64,000 bases of DNA, taken from the NCBI GenBank assembly GCA_963772365.1, contig CAVYXA010000004.1, positions 110,554 through 174,553 on the forward strand. Direction: 5' to 3'. The stretch is from an uncultured Verrucomicrobiae bacterium (GTDB lineage Bacteria > Verrucomicrobiota > Verrucomicrobiia > Chthoniobacterales > UBA10450). A program made the position numbers and the translations under genes. Within the stretch, counting starts at the first letter, position 1. Every line of letters starts with the position of its first letter. The notes beneath the pieces were generated by a model. It ran no database searches and had not been told where the DNA came from. It was given only the letters and a program-made list of their open reading frames with translations. Below, one piece after another: positions 1 through 10,726 of this stretch.

Positions 1-1
1 C

Positions 2-2002
2 TTAAGGTGAGAGAACCGCGTCAGCGGGTTCAGTTAGCACAATCGTGGGAGGGGTATGGTCGTTTGGATCGCCCGAGGGAAGCTGCGAACGCGTAGGATC
101 GAGCGGGTAAGCGTCTTGTCCGTCGGGTACGCCATCGCCATCGGAATCTGCAGCGAAGGGATTGGTGCCGATCGAGTACCCATAGGTATTCGTGAGACCA
201 TCACCGTCGACATCGTTGCTGAGCGGGTCAAAGCCCGCATAATACTCAGCGCCGTCTGGAACAAGATCTCCGTTCGTGTCCCAATTATAGGGGTCAGTGC
301 CGATTGCTTGTTCTTGTCCGTTCGGAAGACCATCGTCGTCCTGGTCCAACGCCGGAAAAAGGTATTTCGAATCGAGCGCCCGTATAGCCCCGGCTCTCTC
401 CGCAAAGTTCAAAACATGGTCGTAGACGATCACTTCGGCTATATCGCCGGCGAAGTTGTCAATGTAAGCTCGACCCAGGAGAGGATCAGAACGAAACGCC
501 ACTGTGTTAGTTGTTTCCCGATGTTCCTCTAATCCATCAAAGCGCGCCACCCATTCGTTCTCCTTCGCACTCACGTTGTAAATGTGATATTCGTCCCAGC
601 TGTGGGGCGGATTGCCTAAGTTGTATTGCACCGTGCTGCCGAAGTCGTCATAGATGTTCCCGTCAAACCAACAAGGATAACACGCTCCGTAGGTACTGCC
701 GCCAAACGACATCATGCGGTAGTGGCCGCCATCCTTCGCCCCTCGCACCACCAGGAAGATCTCCCCCTCCGTTCCCCCGTTCATCAGATTCGGCAGACTT
801 AGCCATTGGTTTCCTCCAAAATGCACAACCGGACGACCATTCAGCTCGTTCTCCACCAAGGCTGGCTGGTTTGCCCCTGTGTTCTGCACAGCGTGGTTCT
901 CCAAGCCGGATTGATCCACCCAGTAGTCAATTGGATTGGTCGTCGCATCGGCCTTTAACCACAAACGCATGTTATTCAATGGCATTCCAACACCGAACGG
1001 AGGAAGCGACGCAGTTGCTTCATTCGAGGGTAGCGATAGGCCCGCAAAATTACTGGCACTGACGCGATACGTATAAGTTTCACCCGCTTGCAGCGCAGCA
1101 TCGATGTAGCTACGCCCTGGCACCCTTGCAATTTCGGTGAAAGCTCCAGCGCCTACTTTGCGCTCCACGATGAACTCAGTCGCATCGTTCACTGTAGGGT
1201 AATCCCAAATTACGCTCGTTTCATCAGCAGAGATGGCGTGAGCGCCAAGATTCGTCGGCGTCGTTGGATCTGCCACCAATGCATATTTGCTTCCCAGATA
1301 TGTGTCCGTCGTTCGGCGCTCCGCAGAGCTCAAGACGCGGTCGTAGACGATCACTTCGGCTATATCTCCGGCGAAGTTGTCAACGTAAGCTCGGCCCAGG
1401 AGAGGATCAGAACGAAATGCCACGGTGTTCGTTGCTTCTCTGTGTTCCTCCAATCCATCAAAGCGTGCCACCCATTCGTTCGCTTTCGCACTTACATTGT
1501 AGATGTGGTACTCGGGCCAGCTCTGGGGCGGATTGCCTAAATTGTATTGCGCCGTGCTACCGAAGTCGTCATAGATGTTCCCGTCGAACCAACAAGGATA
1601 ACATGCTCCGTAGGTACTAGTGCCAAAGTGCATCATGCGGTAGTGACCGCCATCCTGCGCCCCTCGCACCACCATGAAAATCTCGCCTTCGCTTGCCGTG
1701 TTCATGAAGTTCGGCAACGTAAAATATTCGCCGCCGCTGAAATGGACGATTGGCAATCCGTTTAGACCATTCTGAGTGAAAAATGGTTGCTGACCGCTGT
1801 TCGGTTGCGTCGCGTCTGAGGAGTTTCCAGATTGGTCCTGCCAAATGCTGATCCTTCCATTTGAATCATAAACAACGCCGAAGTCGGCCCGTAGCCAGAG
1901 TCTGAGTCCTTCAGTGACTGGCAAAGTTTGAGAGCCAGCCGTCGCCCTGAGTATCATTGCGAAGCTTAGAACCCGTATGATTCTTCGGCATTCAGTGCGC
2001 AC
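2..2002 (-). CDS. Secreted multidomain protein: two LamG/ConA-like beta-sandwich repeats flanking an FN3 domain, with C-terminal thrombospondin type 3-like Ca-binding repeats
   Basis: Two LxLWLxAD...W.DQSG...FAGDIAEVIVYD repeats; FN3-like PTTPTNL...YTYRVSASN; DxDGDG repeats. Start uncertain (GTG 2002 or ATG 1957); the ORF-track start at 2158 is probably too long. Confidence 0.8.
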   Translation of the reverse strand: MRTECRRIIRVLSFAMILRATAGSQTLPVTEGLRLWLRADFGVVYDSNGRISIWQDQSGNSSDATQPNSGQQPFFTQNGLNGLPIVHFSGGEYFTLPNFMNTASEGEIFMVVRGAQDGGHYRMMHFGTSTYGACYPCWFDGNIYDDFGSTAQYNLGNPPQSWPEYHIYNVSAKANEWVARFDGLEEHREATNTVAFRSDPLLGRAYVDNFAGDIAEVIVYDRVLSSAERRTTDTYLGSKYALVADPTTPTNLGAHAISADETSVIWDYPTVNDATEFIVERKVGAGAFTEIARVPGRSYIDAALQAGETYTYRVSASNFAGLSLPSNEATASLPPFGVGMPLNNMRLWLKADATTNPIDYWVDQSGLENHAVQNTGANQPALVENELNGRPVVHFGGNQWLSLPNLMNGGTEGEIFLVVRGAKDGGHYRMMSFGGSTYGACYPCWFDGNIYDDFGSTVQYNLGNPPHSWDEYHIYNVSAKENEWVARFDGLEEHRETTNTVAFRSDPLLGRAYIDNFAGDIAEVIVYDHVLNFAERAGAIRALDSKYLFPALDQDDDGLPNGQEQAIGTDPYNWDTNGDLVPDGAEYYAGFDPLSNDVDGDGLTNTYGYSIGTNPFAADSDGDGVPDGQDAYPLDPTRSQLPSGDPNDHTPPTIVLTEPADAVLSP
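420..1751. repeat. Intragenic direct repeat (~420-830 vs ~1341-1751, offset 921 nt)
   Basis: cgtagacgatcacttcggctatatc at 421 and 1342; similarity continues at the same offset (721 vs 1642). Confidence 0.9.
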
Positions 2003-2286
2003 AATGTGCGATGAATAGAAAATGAAGTTTTGATAGGCAAGACTTTTTTGTGTCACAAATTTTGAACCAGCGCGATCGGCCAATGCGAACGCTGCCCGCA
2101 CGGCTCCGAACAGTTGCCCCGTGCAAACAGGGGTAAAGATCCAACTCTTTTCCGCCAACGCGAACGCGGTGAGACCGTGCCGGGAGTGTCCGCCTGCGCG
2201 CCCACGAGAGGTCGCGGGCTGTTATTCCACCTGATGATGTCGCTGCTACGCGGCCAGAGCGGTCCGTAAATTGCCCGCTCAGCTTG

Positions 2287-2531
2287 TTATCCGCTTGCAC
2301 CGGCGGCATGATCGCGAGTTCTTCATCCGGTGTTGGTTTGTAATTTCGATCTACAAATTCCACACCGGCGCCGATCAAAATTGTTTTGTCGTGGACACGA
2401 AGTGGAGGCGTTTGGGAATAGATCTGTTCGAGTAAATCGCCAACTGTCGATCCTGGCGGAACATCGATATCCGTTTCCGGAACGCCGACTATATCGCGCA
2501 GCTGAACGTAAAACTGGACCAGAATTGTCAT
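2287..2531 (-). CDS. moaD: MoaD/ThiS-family sulfur carrier with an apparent 1-nt deletion just before the C-terminal GG
   Basis: Beta-grasp pattern ending ELAIMPPVQ; DNA reads CAA GCG GAT AA, and adding one G gives CAA GGC GGA TAA = QGG-stop. Confidence 0.8.
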
Positions 2532-2640
2532 TTGATCTCGATGAAAGAATTTTCTGCCGAAATTATCTGGAATTTTGAAACGGGCTCACTAATGTGGGCG
2601 GCAGCCGCGAGCACGCGCGAGGTTTGAAAAGCGCCCCTGG

Positions 2641-3288
2641 GTGAAAAAGTTTGCCATGCCAGAAAAAGTCCGACCGACCGAACAAATGCTGGAATTGAAC
2701 GAGGAGGAAGGGCTTTCGCCCGAGCATCTCGATTCGCAGGTTCAGAAGGCGCAGGAACAACTGCTCCAGCTTAAGCGTCAGCAGGAGCAAATCGAAAAAC
2801 AAAAACGGGAACTGGAAGAGCTGAGTCGCCGTCAGGAAGAACTCGAGCGCGGGCGGGCGGAGATGACCGATAAGTTAACGCGGTCGCTCGTTGTATTGGA
2901 ACGCGAAGGTTACGAAACTCAAAAACGTCTCGAACAGATCCGGGCGATGCGGGAAAGTTTCGGTCAGCATTTGGAATTGATCGAGGCAATCGATCCGAAA
3001 ACATGGAACCCGGCCGACTTGCACAAGGAGTTGAGCAGGGCGTTGAGCGCAGTTGATGATGCCCGGGCGGAATACAGTCAGCAGCGCAGCCGGCTTCAAG
3101 CTTCTGCCGGCGAAAACAGCGGAGATGTGGATTTGCCCGAAGCTGCTCCGGGCACGGCAGGTTTGTTCAACGGCGGACGTTCCTTCGGGCGATGGATACA
3201 GATCGGGTTCGCGTTTAGTCTCCCGTTAATCATTTTCGGATTTATCGCGCTACTCCTTTTCTTCTGGATGGCATCGAAAGGCCCGTAA
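2641..3288 (+). CDS. Coiled-coil protein with C-terminal membrane anchor
   Basis: Long E/Q/K/R heptad region, then hydrophobic FAFSLPLIIFGFIALLLFFW; start may be 2656 or 2686. Confidence 0.7.
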   Translation: MKKFAMPEKVRPTEQMLELNEEEGLSPEHLDSQVQKAQEQLLQLKRQQEQIEKQKRELEELSRRQEELERGRAEMTDKLTRSLVVLEREGYETQKRLEQIRAMRESFGQHLELIEAIDPKTWNPADLHKELSRALSAVDDARAEYSQQRSRLQASAGENSGDVDLPEAAPGTAGLFNGGRSFGRWIQIGFAFSLPLIIFGFIALLLFFWMASKGP

Positions 3289-3293
3289 CTCGC

Positions 3294-3656
3294 ATGCTTC
3301 GTCGCCTGAGTAGATCGGACACGGCGCTCGATCAAAGTAAAGAAGCGCTCGCCCGCCGCGAATCGGAATTGCGCGAAAAAATGGCACAGCTCGAGCGGAT
3401 GATCGAGGAGGCGCCGCGTGTCGCAGAGGAAACATTGCGGAAACAGCGGGACGAATTGTTGCTGCGCGCTAACGAAGGCGGCAGAAGATTGGACGTATCG
3501 ATAGCGCTCCAGGATAAACGCCGCAGTTATGCGGATGCGCCTCGACCTCGCGGATCGCTTCGCAAAGAGCGGCGGGAAGGTCGAATTATCTTCCTTGTGC
3601 TCGTGATCGCGCTTGCGGTTGCGGTGACCTGGCTGGTGAGTCATTTGCATTTCTAG
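3294..3656 (+). CDS. Small coiled-coil protein with C-terminal TM helix
   Basis: Charged helical N-terminus, IIFLVLVIALAVAVTWLV tail; 5 and 2 nt from its neighbours. Confidence 0.7.
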   Translation: MLRRLSRSDTALDQSKEALARRESELREKMAQLERMIEEAPRVAEETLRKQRDELLLRANEGGRRLDVSIALQDKRRSYADAPRPRGSLRKERREGRIIFLVLVIALAVAVTWLVSHLHF

Positions 3657-3658
3657 CA

Positions 3659-3949
3659 ATGGCGAACAGTTCCGATCTCGATGTTGCGTACGTAGCCAGA
3701 TTGGCCCGACTCAATTTGACTCAGGCAGAAACAGAACTCTTCCAAAGGCAGCTTGGTGAAGTATTGCAATACGCCGATAAGTTACGCCAGGTTGACGTGA
3801 CGAATGTAGAACCGGCGGCGCACGATGTTGAAATGTTTAATGTTTTCCACGAGGACGATCCGCGCGATTGGTTCACAGCCGAAGAGGCTTTGAGCAATGC
3901 TCCGCGGAAGGCGAACGGCCTTTTTATCGTCACAAAAGTCGTGGAATGA
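3659..3949 (+). CDS. gatC: Asp/Glu-tRNA amidotransferase subunit C
   Basis: VAYVARLARL...LSNAP...GLFIVTKV; ATGA overlap with gatA. Confidence 0.95.
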   Translation: MANSSDLDVAYVARLARLNLTQAETELFQRQLGEVLQYADKLRQVDVTNVEPAAHDVEMFNVFHEDDPRDWFTAEEALSNAPRKANGLFIVTKVVE

Positions 3950-5404
3950 GCCGGCCTGATCTGCCGGCGTTTACCATCGCCGAGCTTCGACATCTTCTTC
4001 ATCGCCGCGAGATTTCACCGCGCGAAGTGGTCGAAGCTCTGCGAAGCAGGATTGAAGATGTCGATGGAAAAATCAGCGCCTATCTCTCAATCGATTTTGA
4101 AGCCGCACTGGAAGAGGCGGACAAAGTTGATGTCGATCTTCCACTCGGCGGTGTGCCAATCGCGATCAAGGACATCATCAACGTCGCCGGCCAGCCGTGC
4201 ACATGTGCCTCGAAGATTCTGCGGAATTATCGAGCGAACTATGATGCGACCGTAATCCGGAAGCTGCGCACCGCCGGGGCGATTCCGTTGGGAAAAACAA
4301 ATCTGGATGAATTTGCAATGGGTTCATCCACCGAAAACTCGAGCGTACAGCCAAGTCGTAATCCGTGGGATCTCTCGCGCGTGCCCGGTGGATCCAGTGG
4401 TGGATCGGCTGCCGCGGTTGCGGCCGATGCCGCTTTTGCCGCGCTTGGAACGGATACCGGCGGTTCCATTCGACAACCCGCGTCGCTCACAGGTGTGGTC
4501 GGTGTGAAACCGACTTATGGACGAGTTTCGCGGTTCGGCGTTGTCGCGTTTGCCTCTTCGCTCGATCAGGTTGGACCGTTAACGAAAACGGTGCGGGATG
4601 CAGCCCTCATCTTGCAGTCGATTGCAGGAAAAGATCCGCAGGACACAACCTGCTTGAATCAACCAGTGCCGGACTACTCGGCCAAATTCGAGGACAGTCT
4701 CCGAGGGATTCGGCTGGGCTTGCCGCGGGAGTACATGAGTCACGCAATTGATCAGCAGGCGAAAACTGCAATCGACGCAGCGACCGCGCAGTTGCAATCG
4801 CTCGGCGCGGAGATTGTCGAAGTTTCTCTGCCTCACACCGATTATGCGGTGGCGGTTTATTACATACTCGCCACGGCCGAAGCATCGGCTAATCTGGCCC
4901 GTTTCGATGGTGTGCGTTACGGATATCGCGCCGAAAATCCTGTCGATCTTCTCGATCATTATGGACGCACCCGCGGGGAAGCTTTCGGGCCAGAAGTGAA
5001 ACGGAGGATTATTCTGGGAACGTACAGTTCTCAGCTCCGGATATTACGACGCCTATTATCTACACGCGCAGAAAGTGAGACAACTGATCCGACAGGATTT
5101 CGCAAACGCGTTCGAAAAAGTCGATGCGCTCATTACTCCAACTTCGCCGGGGCCGGCATTTAAGATTGGGGAACGCCGTGAGGACCCATTGCAAATGTAT
5201 CTCGCCGATATTTTCACAATTGCGGCGAACCTGGCGGGAATTTGCGCGATTAGTGTGCCGTGCGGTTTTGCCAGGATCGACAATTCTGAGTTACCGATCG
5301 GACTGCAATTGTTAGGCAAAGCGTTCGATGAAGCATGCCTGCTTAAAATTGCGCACGCTTACGAGCAAAGCACCGATTGGCACAAGGCGAAGCCGCGACT
5401 GTGA
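3946..5404 (+). CDS. gatA: Asp/Glu-tRNA amidotransferase subunit A with an apparent +1 frameshift at ~5026
   Basis: [32 protein letters not shown]; removing a5026 restores [15 protein letters not shown] and joins the 5075-5404 ORF (MYLADIFT...LPIGLQL). Confidence 0.95.
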
Positions 5405-5411
5405 AGTCTTT

Positions 5412-6107
5412 TCAATGCCGCAATAGACGACTCGCGAGGGCAATCAACCAGCGGCAGAAAAACCTCAGGGCGATCCCAAATGACATTTTCGATCGACCGT
5501 GCGCGCGATCCCGAAAAGAGATTGGAATTTCTTTGACCCGGAGATTGCTTCCGCCGTGAACGATGGTCTCGAAAAGAATTTTGAATCCGCTCGTTGGAGG
5601 AGCTATTTTTAAAAGCTGCGATCGAGAGATGGCAAAAAACCCGCACATGGAATCGCGGACACCGGTTAGCGGATAAGCCAGAATGGACGCAGTTCGCGAC
5701 ATGATTCTCCGCCACAGCGGCCAACCTGGTGTCGATCCGCCGGGCACATAGCGGCTTCCAATCACCAGGTCCGCCGTTCCGGCGAGGATGGGATCGAGCA
5801 AATCTTTGATGCGCTCTGGCGGATGGCTGAGGTCGGAATCCATCACCACTACGACGTCACCTTGCGCTGCACTGACGCCAGTCATGATAGCCGCTGCCAG
5901 TCCAGGCGCATCGGCGGCCTGGACTATCAATCGGGTTGGGCGATGGCTGGATAGAGATTGGATTACGGCGGCGGTCGAATCCGTGGAATTACCATCGACA
6001 AATAAGATTTCATGTAAAGGGATTGCGGTTTCCAAGATTTTCGCAACGAGCGGACCAACGTTTTCGGATTCGTTCAGCGTTGGGACAATGATGGAAACTT
6101 TCGTCAT
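5412..6107 (-). CDS. GT2 polyprenol-phosphate mannose synthase (DPM1-like)
   Basis: SIIVPTLNE, VDGNSTDST, VMDSDLSHPPE, GSRYVPGG, GFKIL. Confidence 0.9.
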   Translation of the reverse strand: MTKVSIIVPTLNESENVGPLVAKILETAIPLHEILFVDGNSTDSTAAVIQSLSSHRPTRLIVQAADAPGLAAAIMTGVSAAQGDVVVVMDSDLSHPPERIKDLLDPILAGTADLVIGSRYVPGGSTPGWPLWRRIMSRTASILAYPLTGVRDSMCGFFAISRSQLLKIAPPTSGFKILFETIVHGGSNLRVKEIPISFRDRAHGRSKMSFGIALRFFCRWLIALASRLLRH

Positions 6108-6155
6108 GGCTGACGCTAAACCGGCACGCAGCACAATCTGGAGGACTCTTGAGAT

Positions 6156-7769
6156 TCAGGCTTCGCCGGAATGGATGATTTGCTTCAATTGCTGAACTAC
6201 CTGTTTCCGAGCATCGCTATCATCAGCGCAGCCCCACACCGCAATCTCGAGCATTTGCGCGCCCACTTCGCGCCTTCCATGCAATGCCGCTCGAATACGT
6301 CCCCAGGCTGTCCAGTCTTCTTGCTCAGCTGCGGCCACATTTCTGTAGGACGACCGCGCGTCCCAGTAACAATAGAAGACGTGTAGTGGCACACCATGAT
6401 CGTCGAACAAATAGGAGCGCAGCGGCAAGTCAGCGCCATTGATGTTGGCTAACCAGAATCCGCTGTCGCGTATCATGGTGAGGCCACTGGCAGGAAGGCA
6501 TTTTTCCGGTCGATGGATTTTTACAAAGAGAGCAGCCGTGCGACCCGGCAGCCAATGAAAGAAGTACATCAGCCAATGGTGGCCATCCGGCGAGGTCCAA
6601 CCCGCGCCTCCGCCATCGTCGTAGCGAAGCATCCTTGCCGCCTCGGGTGAGATTGGAACCGACTTGAAGTCCGCCTCGGATTTTGGCCAGGAAACAGCCC
6701 AGCGCGAATGGGGCGGTACGCGATGCAACCCGTACCAAAATTGAGCGCCGATCTCAGACAAAACCAACCAGAGAGTCAGCGCGGCGAGCAAGGGCAACTG
6801 CCGGCGGAAACGTTGCGTAATTTGAAAGATGTCGTTTGAGGAGTCGAGCCGCCGCGCCATTATTTTGCGATTCTCATGCCGGCGCATGAACAGACTCAGA
6901 AACCAAAGACCAAAAAGGCAAATCAGCAGAATGGTTAAACCAGCCGGATCATGCCAGTTTTCTAAAGCATCGGTCCCGCGGTTCGCTCCGATCCACACCA
7001 GAATTGCTGTGCGCACAACATTGCTGATGAATGCGAGGATCCCGCCGGCCAACAGCAGAAACAGGCGGCGATACATCGTAAATGAGTAGAGTTCGCCCAG
7101 AAACAGCGAGATCATCAGTGTGGCTTGGAGTGACCGGACACCGCTGCAGGCTTCTTCAATTCCAATGAGGCCCGAGGTAACTTCAATCACGTTTCCATGT
7201 TGGAGTGCGGGAATGCCGGCGGCATTCAGGCCGGCAACATTGATCGCAGTCACCGCCCGCATTAGGCCTTGAATTACGAATTGCTCAAACCGAACAGGCC
7301 ACGGAACAGCCACCAGAACAAAGCAAAAAGGGAAAGCAAAATGCCGCAGCCACGGCGCGCCGCCGATCAAATAAATTAAGCAAAGAGAAATCGTAAGCGC
7401 GATAAAAGCGAGTCCCCAACTGAGCAAGCGCCAATCTGGATTTGCTTCCGACAGAAATCGAATCGGAAGAAGAAGAAAGCTGAAAACAACAGTGGTAGCG
7501 ATGGGAAAAGCTCGAGATTTCGGTGCGCTCCGCGATGATGGACGTTCCGGCCAGCGTTGCCAAAGAAGAAGAAAAATCGCGAGAAATGGAACCGCCCAAC
7601 CGTAGCTGTACTGAGGGTTAAACGTCCACTCATTGCTCAAATGCTTGAAAACCTCAGCCCAGAGGAAAACCAAAAAGCCCAGGAACAATGAAGTCGGCCA
7701 GAGCGCGGGCGTAGTAGATGTCGATCGGAAAGAAATTGTGCGCGCCATTACGGTTTTCATCGCCGGCAT
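6156..7769 (-). CDS. Exosortase with C-terminal EpsI-like domain
   Basis: W..NPQYSYG; catalytic Cys-Arg-His in EACSGVRSL, SNVVR, WHDPAG; multi-TM; C-terminal IHRPEKC motif. Start among 7748/7760/7769. Confidence 0.9.
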   Translation of the reverse strand: MPAMKTVMARTISFRSTSTTPALWPTSLFLGFLVFLWAEVFKHLSNEWTFNPQYSYGWAVPFLAIFLLLWQRWPERPSSRSAPKSRAFPIATTVVFSFLLLPIRFLSEANPDWRLLSWGLAFIALTISLCLIYLIGGAPWLRHFAFPFCFVLVAVPWPVRFEQFVIQGLMRAVTAINVAGLNAAGIPALQHGNVIEVTSGLIGIEEACSGVRSLQATLMISLFLGELYSFTMYRRLFLLLAGGILAFISNVVRTAILVWIGANRGTDALENWHDPAGLTILLICLFGLWFLSLFMRRHENRKIMARRLDSSNDIFQITQRFRRQLPLLAALTLWLVLSEIGAQFWYGLHRVPPHSRWAVSWPKSEADFKSVPISPEAARMLRYDDGGGAGWTSPDGHHWLMYFFHWLPGRTAALFVKIHRPEKCLPASGLTMIRDSGFWLANINGADLPLRSYLFDDHGVPLHVFYCYWDARSSYRNVAAAEQEDWTAWGRIRAALHGRREVGAQMLEIAVWGCADDSDARKQVVQQLKQIIHSGEA

Positions 7770-8028
7770 AGCGTAGCGAAGTCCGAGCAGGTTGCGAGCC
7801 GCTTTGCTCCGCCGTTCATGTGTCCGACTGACTGTGGGTAGGATTGTTCGCCGAAATTCAATTCGCGGAAATATCCACTCGCCGCGCAAACTGGTCGAAG
7901 AGGATTCTATTGTTCTCGATGGTGTGATCGCCGGAGTATTTTTTTTGACGGAATTTTCCTTGACCTCAGCGAGCGGGGCTGTCTAAAAGAGAACTCGAAA
8001 CTACCGTTTTCGTGGGATGCGATTGTTA

Positions 8029-8056
8029 TTGACGAGCGCAGCGCGAATATGATAAT
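8029..8056 (+). promoter_or_regulatory. Possible sigma70-type promoter of the CTERM gene
   Basis: TTGACG-16 nt-GATAAT, 31 nt before ATG 8088. Confidence 0.3.
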
Positions 8057-8087
8057 TATGGAAATCATCAGATAAACATCGAATCTT

Positions 8088-8738
8088 ATGAAGCTATCTA
8101 ACAAGTTAATCGTCGCTCTTTTCGCCCTTTTTTTCCTCGCCAGCACTTCGGCGAATGCGGTTGTCGTCACTTGGGACCTCAATCCAACTAATGCAAATGG
8201 CGCCGTTGGATCGACAAGTCATACTTTCAATCAGAGCGGCTATCCCATCACCGCGTATGGATTCGACAGGGTGTTCGGCCCGGATACCCCCCATGAACTC
8301 TATTACAAAAACGTTAATATTGACCATGGCCTCGGGCTCGTAAACACGCTAGATAATGAGCTTCAGACCAACAACTACATTCAGTTCGACTTCAATTCTA
8401 TTTTGACGCAAGGCTTCTCAGACGGTCAGATCAAAGTCAGCAGTGTCGATCCGGGTGAGTCATTCAACCTCTATGGCTCGAACACTCTGGGCAGCATTGG
8501 AACACTGCTAAACGGGTCACCCTACGGCAGCAATACCAACAATAGTTGGATCGATATCCCGAACTTCGGCAATTATAGATACGTTTCAGTGATCGCGGCG
8601 GTCGACGATGTGCTTCCATGGGCTATCCGAGCGACGGTCACCCCCATTCCGGAAGCATCAACCGTGATTCCGGTTATCCTCCTGGTGATCGGTGCAACCG
8701 CGTTCGAGGTCCGTCGGCGCCATCGGGCCACTGCGTAG
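8088..8738 (+). CDS. Secreted PEP-CTERM-like exosortase substrate
   Basis: Signal peptide ending ANA; N/S/G-rich body; IPEAST + TM + RRRHR tail; divergent from the exosortase. Confidence 0.85.
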   Translation: MKLSNKLIVALFALFFLASTSANAVVVTWDLNPTNANGAVGSTSHTFNQSGYPITAYGFDRVFGPDTPHELYYKNVNIDHGLGLVNTLDNELQTNNYIQFDFNSILTQGFSDGQIKVSSVDPGESFNLYGSNTLGSIGTLLNGSPYGSNTNNSWIDIPNFGNYRYVSVIAAVDDVLPWAIRATVTPIPEASTVIPVILLVIGATAFEVRRRHRATA

Positions 8739-8761
8739 GATTTGCTTTTGTCGATTGGCGT

Positions 8762-8796
8762 GGCCGCTCTGGAAACGGGGCGGCCGCTCTTTTTTT
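8762..8796 (+). terminator. Rho-independent terminator
   Basis: GGCCGCTCTG-GAAA-CGGGGCGGCC stem-loop then GCTCTTTTTTT. Confidence 0.75.
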
Positions 8797-8819
8797 CTGG
8801 TTGCCAACCAGCCCTGTGT

Positions 8820-10523
8820 CTACTGGATTTTGCTTTCAGCCGCGGTGAGCAACGCTCTTTCTTCGGGAAGCAGTTTCGCGCTCGCGCCGTACTTGAGATA
8901 TTCACGCGCCTTCGTACTATCACCCGCGGCGGCTAGAAGGATGCCATAATATGCCGCCAGGGAAGGCTCTTTTAATTCTTCTTCAGTTAGGCCGTTCATC
9001 ACCTTCACCGCAGCGGCCGCGTCGCCTTTGCGGAAAAGCGAAAAAGCGTAGGTCGATGCATACGCTGGATTGGTCGTATCGGATTCGTAAAGCTCGGCGG
9101 CCACTCTGCAAGCGCGCTCCACATCTGTGTTCAGCAATAGGCTAACCTGCGCAAGATTGTTTTGGGCAATTTTGTCCTGGGGTCGCATTTCCACTACGCG
9201 GAGGAGCACGCGATGGAGACCAGGGGTGTCCCCGTCATCTACGTATTTTTGGTGAAGGCTTTGGAATGCTTCTAATTGCGTTTCCGGATATTTAGTAAGT
9301 GCCCAAAGCAACCCGAGCCACTCCTTCTCCCAGTGCCACTCTGCTGTGGCACGGGCCAGTGTGGAGAGAAATCCCGGTTGGGTCGATGCGTTCTTCTCCG
9401 CAGCGGACCACTCGCCGTCTGCCGCAACTGTCCTGCCCTGATTCCGCAGCGCCAAGGCCAAATACGCATGTCGCATGAAGTCAAACTGGCCCCAATCCTC
9501 CCTCTTCATCCGCGCTTCCAGATCTGGCCAATCCTGCAACTTTGCGTGGATCTCCGCTACCGCCATGGGAACGGGCCACTTATTTACAGTCTCTTTCGGC
9601 AATGTGCGGATGAAATCGACGGCGAGCAAGCTCATGCCGCTGGTCTTCATCCACGTTATCAACAAAGCCAAATTTGTCGGTTCCGAAATAGCGGCTTTCT
9701 CCAGCACGGACAAATATTCCGTAAAACTCGGCGCCCTCAATTGTCGCAAAATGTCCAAGTAAAGAAGGCGATCACTAAACGTGGCTTCCGGGTAGCCCTG
9801 AAGTTCCTTCGCGCGTGCCAGTAGTATGTCGCTGCTGATATGGCGCGCTGCTCCATCCCTGATCAAGGCGCGAGTTGCTGCCGCTCGCTGCTGCTCATCG
9901 TTGCGCAGCGAGTCGAGAATCTTACGACCCCGCTCACGTTTCATTTGATCCTCTGATCGCAACAAGACGGACCCGAAGTCAAGTTGGTAAGACTTTTCGT
10001 TTGGGGCCAACTCTACGGCTCGAACCCAGTGTTGCTCCGCCTCCTTCGGTTGCCCCTTTTTCTCTGCCAGACGCGCCGCCGCGGCATGAAATGCCGCGGT
10101 ATCCCGGCTATTCTGATCTACTCCTCCCAGTATTTTTTCCGCTGTGCCAACGTCATTGAATTGCAGCGCGCACAAGGCCAGGGCGAGCTGATTTGCTGTA
10201 GAGTGCGGTTCCAATTCCAGAGCTCTTCGGCGCCAACCGATCGCGGAACGATCGCCGGTAACTTCTGCGATCTTAGCCATTACGTTAATGCCGGCTATGT
10301 TGTTCCCGTCCAGTTCCAACGCACGTCGGGCACTCAGTGCTGCTTGGCGGAGCTCGCCGCTGCTCAGGTAAGCCGCAGCCCGACGCGCCGAGTGCCGGGA
10401 TTCAAATCCGCCATATAGTCGCCAGCCGCCCCAGCATACAAAAATAAAAAGAACAAATCCGAGCAAACTACCGACAATTAGTTTGATGTAAGTTCGCTGC
10501 GCTTTCTCAAGGGATTGTTCCAC
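8820..10523 (-). CDS. Membrane-anchored TPR-repeat protein
   Basis: N-terminal TM (LIVGSLLGFVLFIFVCWGGW); repeated RRALELxP and AQNNLA helices. Confidence 0.8.
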   Translation of the reverse strand: MEQSLEKAQRTYIKLIVGSLLGFVLFIFVCWGGWRLYGGFESRHSARRAAAYLSSGELRQAALSARRALELDGNNIAGINVMAKIAEVTGDRSAIGWRRRALELEPHSTANQLALALCALQFNDVGTAEKILGGVDQNSRDTAAFHAAAARLAEKKGQPKEAEQHWVRAVELAPNEKSYQLDFGSVLLRSEDQMKRERGRKILDSLRNDEQQRAAATRALIRDGAARHISSDILLARAKELQGYPEATFSDRLLYLDILRQLRAPSFTEYLSVLEKAAISEPTNLALLITWMKTSGMSLLAVDFIRTLPKETVNKWPVPMAVAEIHAKLQDWPDLEARMKREDWGQFDFMRHAYLALALRNQGRTVAADGEWSAAEKNASTQPGFLSTLARATAEWHWEKEWLGLLWALTKYPETQLEAFQSLHQKYVDDGDTPGLHRVLLRVVEMRPQDKIAQNNLAQVSLLLNTDVERACRVAAELYESDTTNPAYASTYAFSLFRKGDAAAAVKVMNGLTEEELKEPSLAAYYGILLAAAGDSTKAREYLKYGASAKLLPEERALLTAAESKIQ

Positions 10524-10726
10524 GAGTTATTTTAACGCTAGAATTGAACGTTCGCCAAAAGTGAACCGAATGCGCGGGCAAAAAACCCGCTCCAGCGCGA
10601 TGTATTCCAACTGAGTGATGCCCCATATCACTCGCCGATGAGCACTCAACGTGCACGAAAATTGAGGTCGTAGTGTGGTTAGAGCAGCGCGGTTTCTTCA
10701 AGCCGCGGTACAGGCAAAGGCCGGTA

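Noticed and set aside
5015..5035. Programmed frameshift in gatA
   Set aside because: No slippery heptamer; a single extra A in a conserved motif fits sequencing error.
8011..8030. Sigma54 promoter for the CTERM gene
   Set aside because: TGGGATGCGATTGTT lacks the GG-N10-GC spacing.
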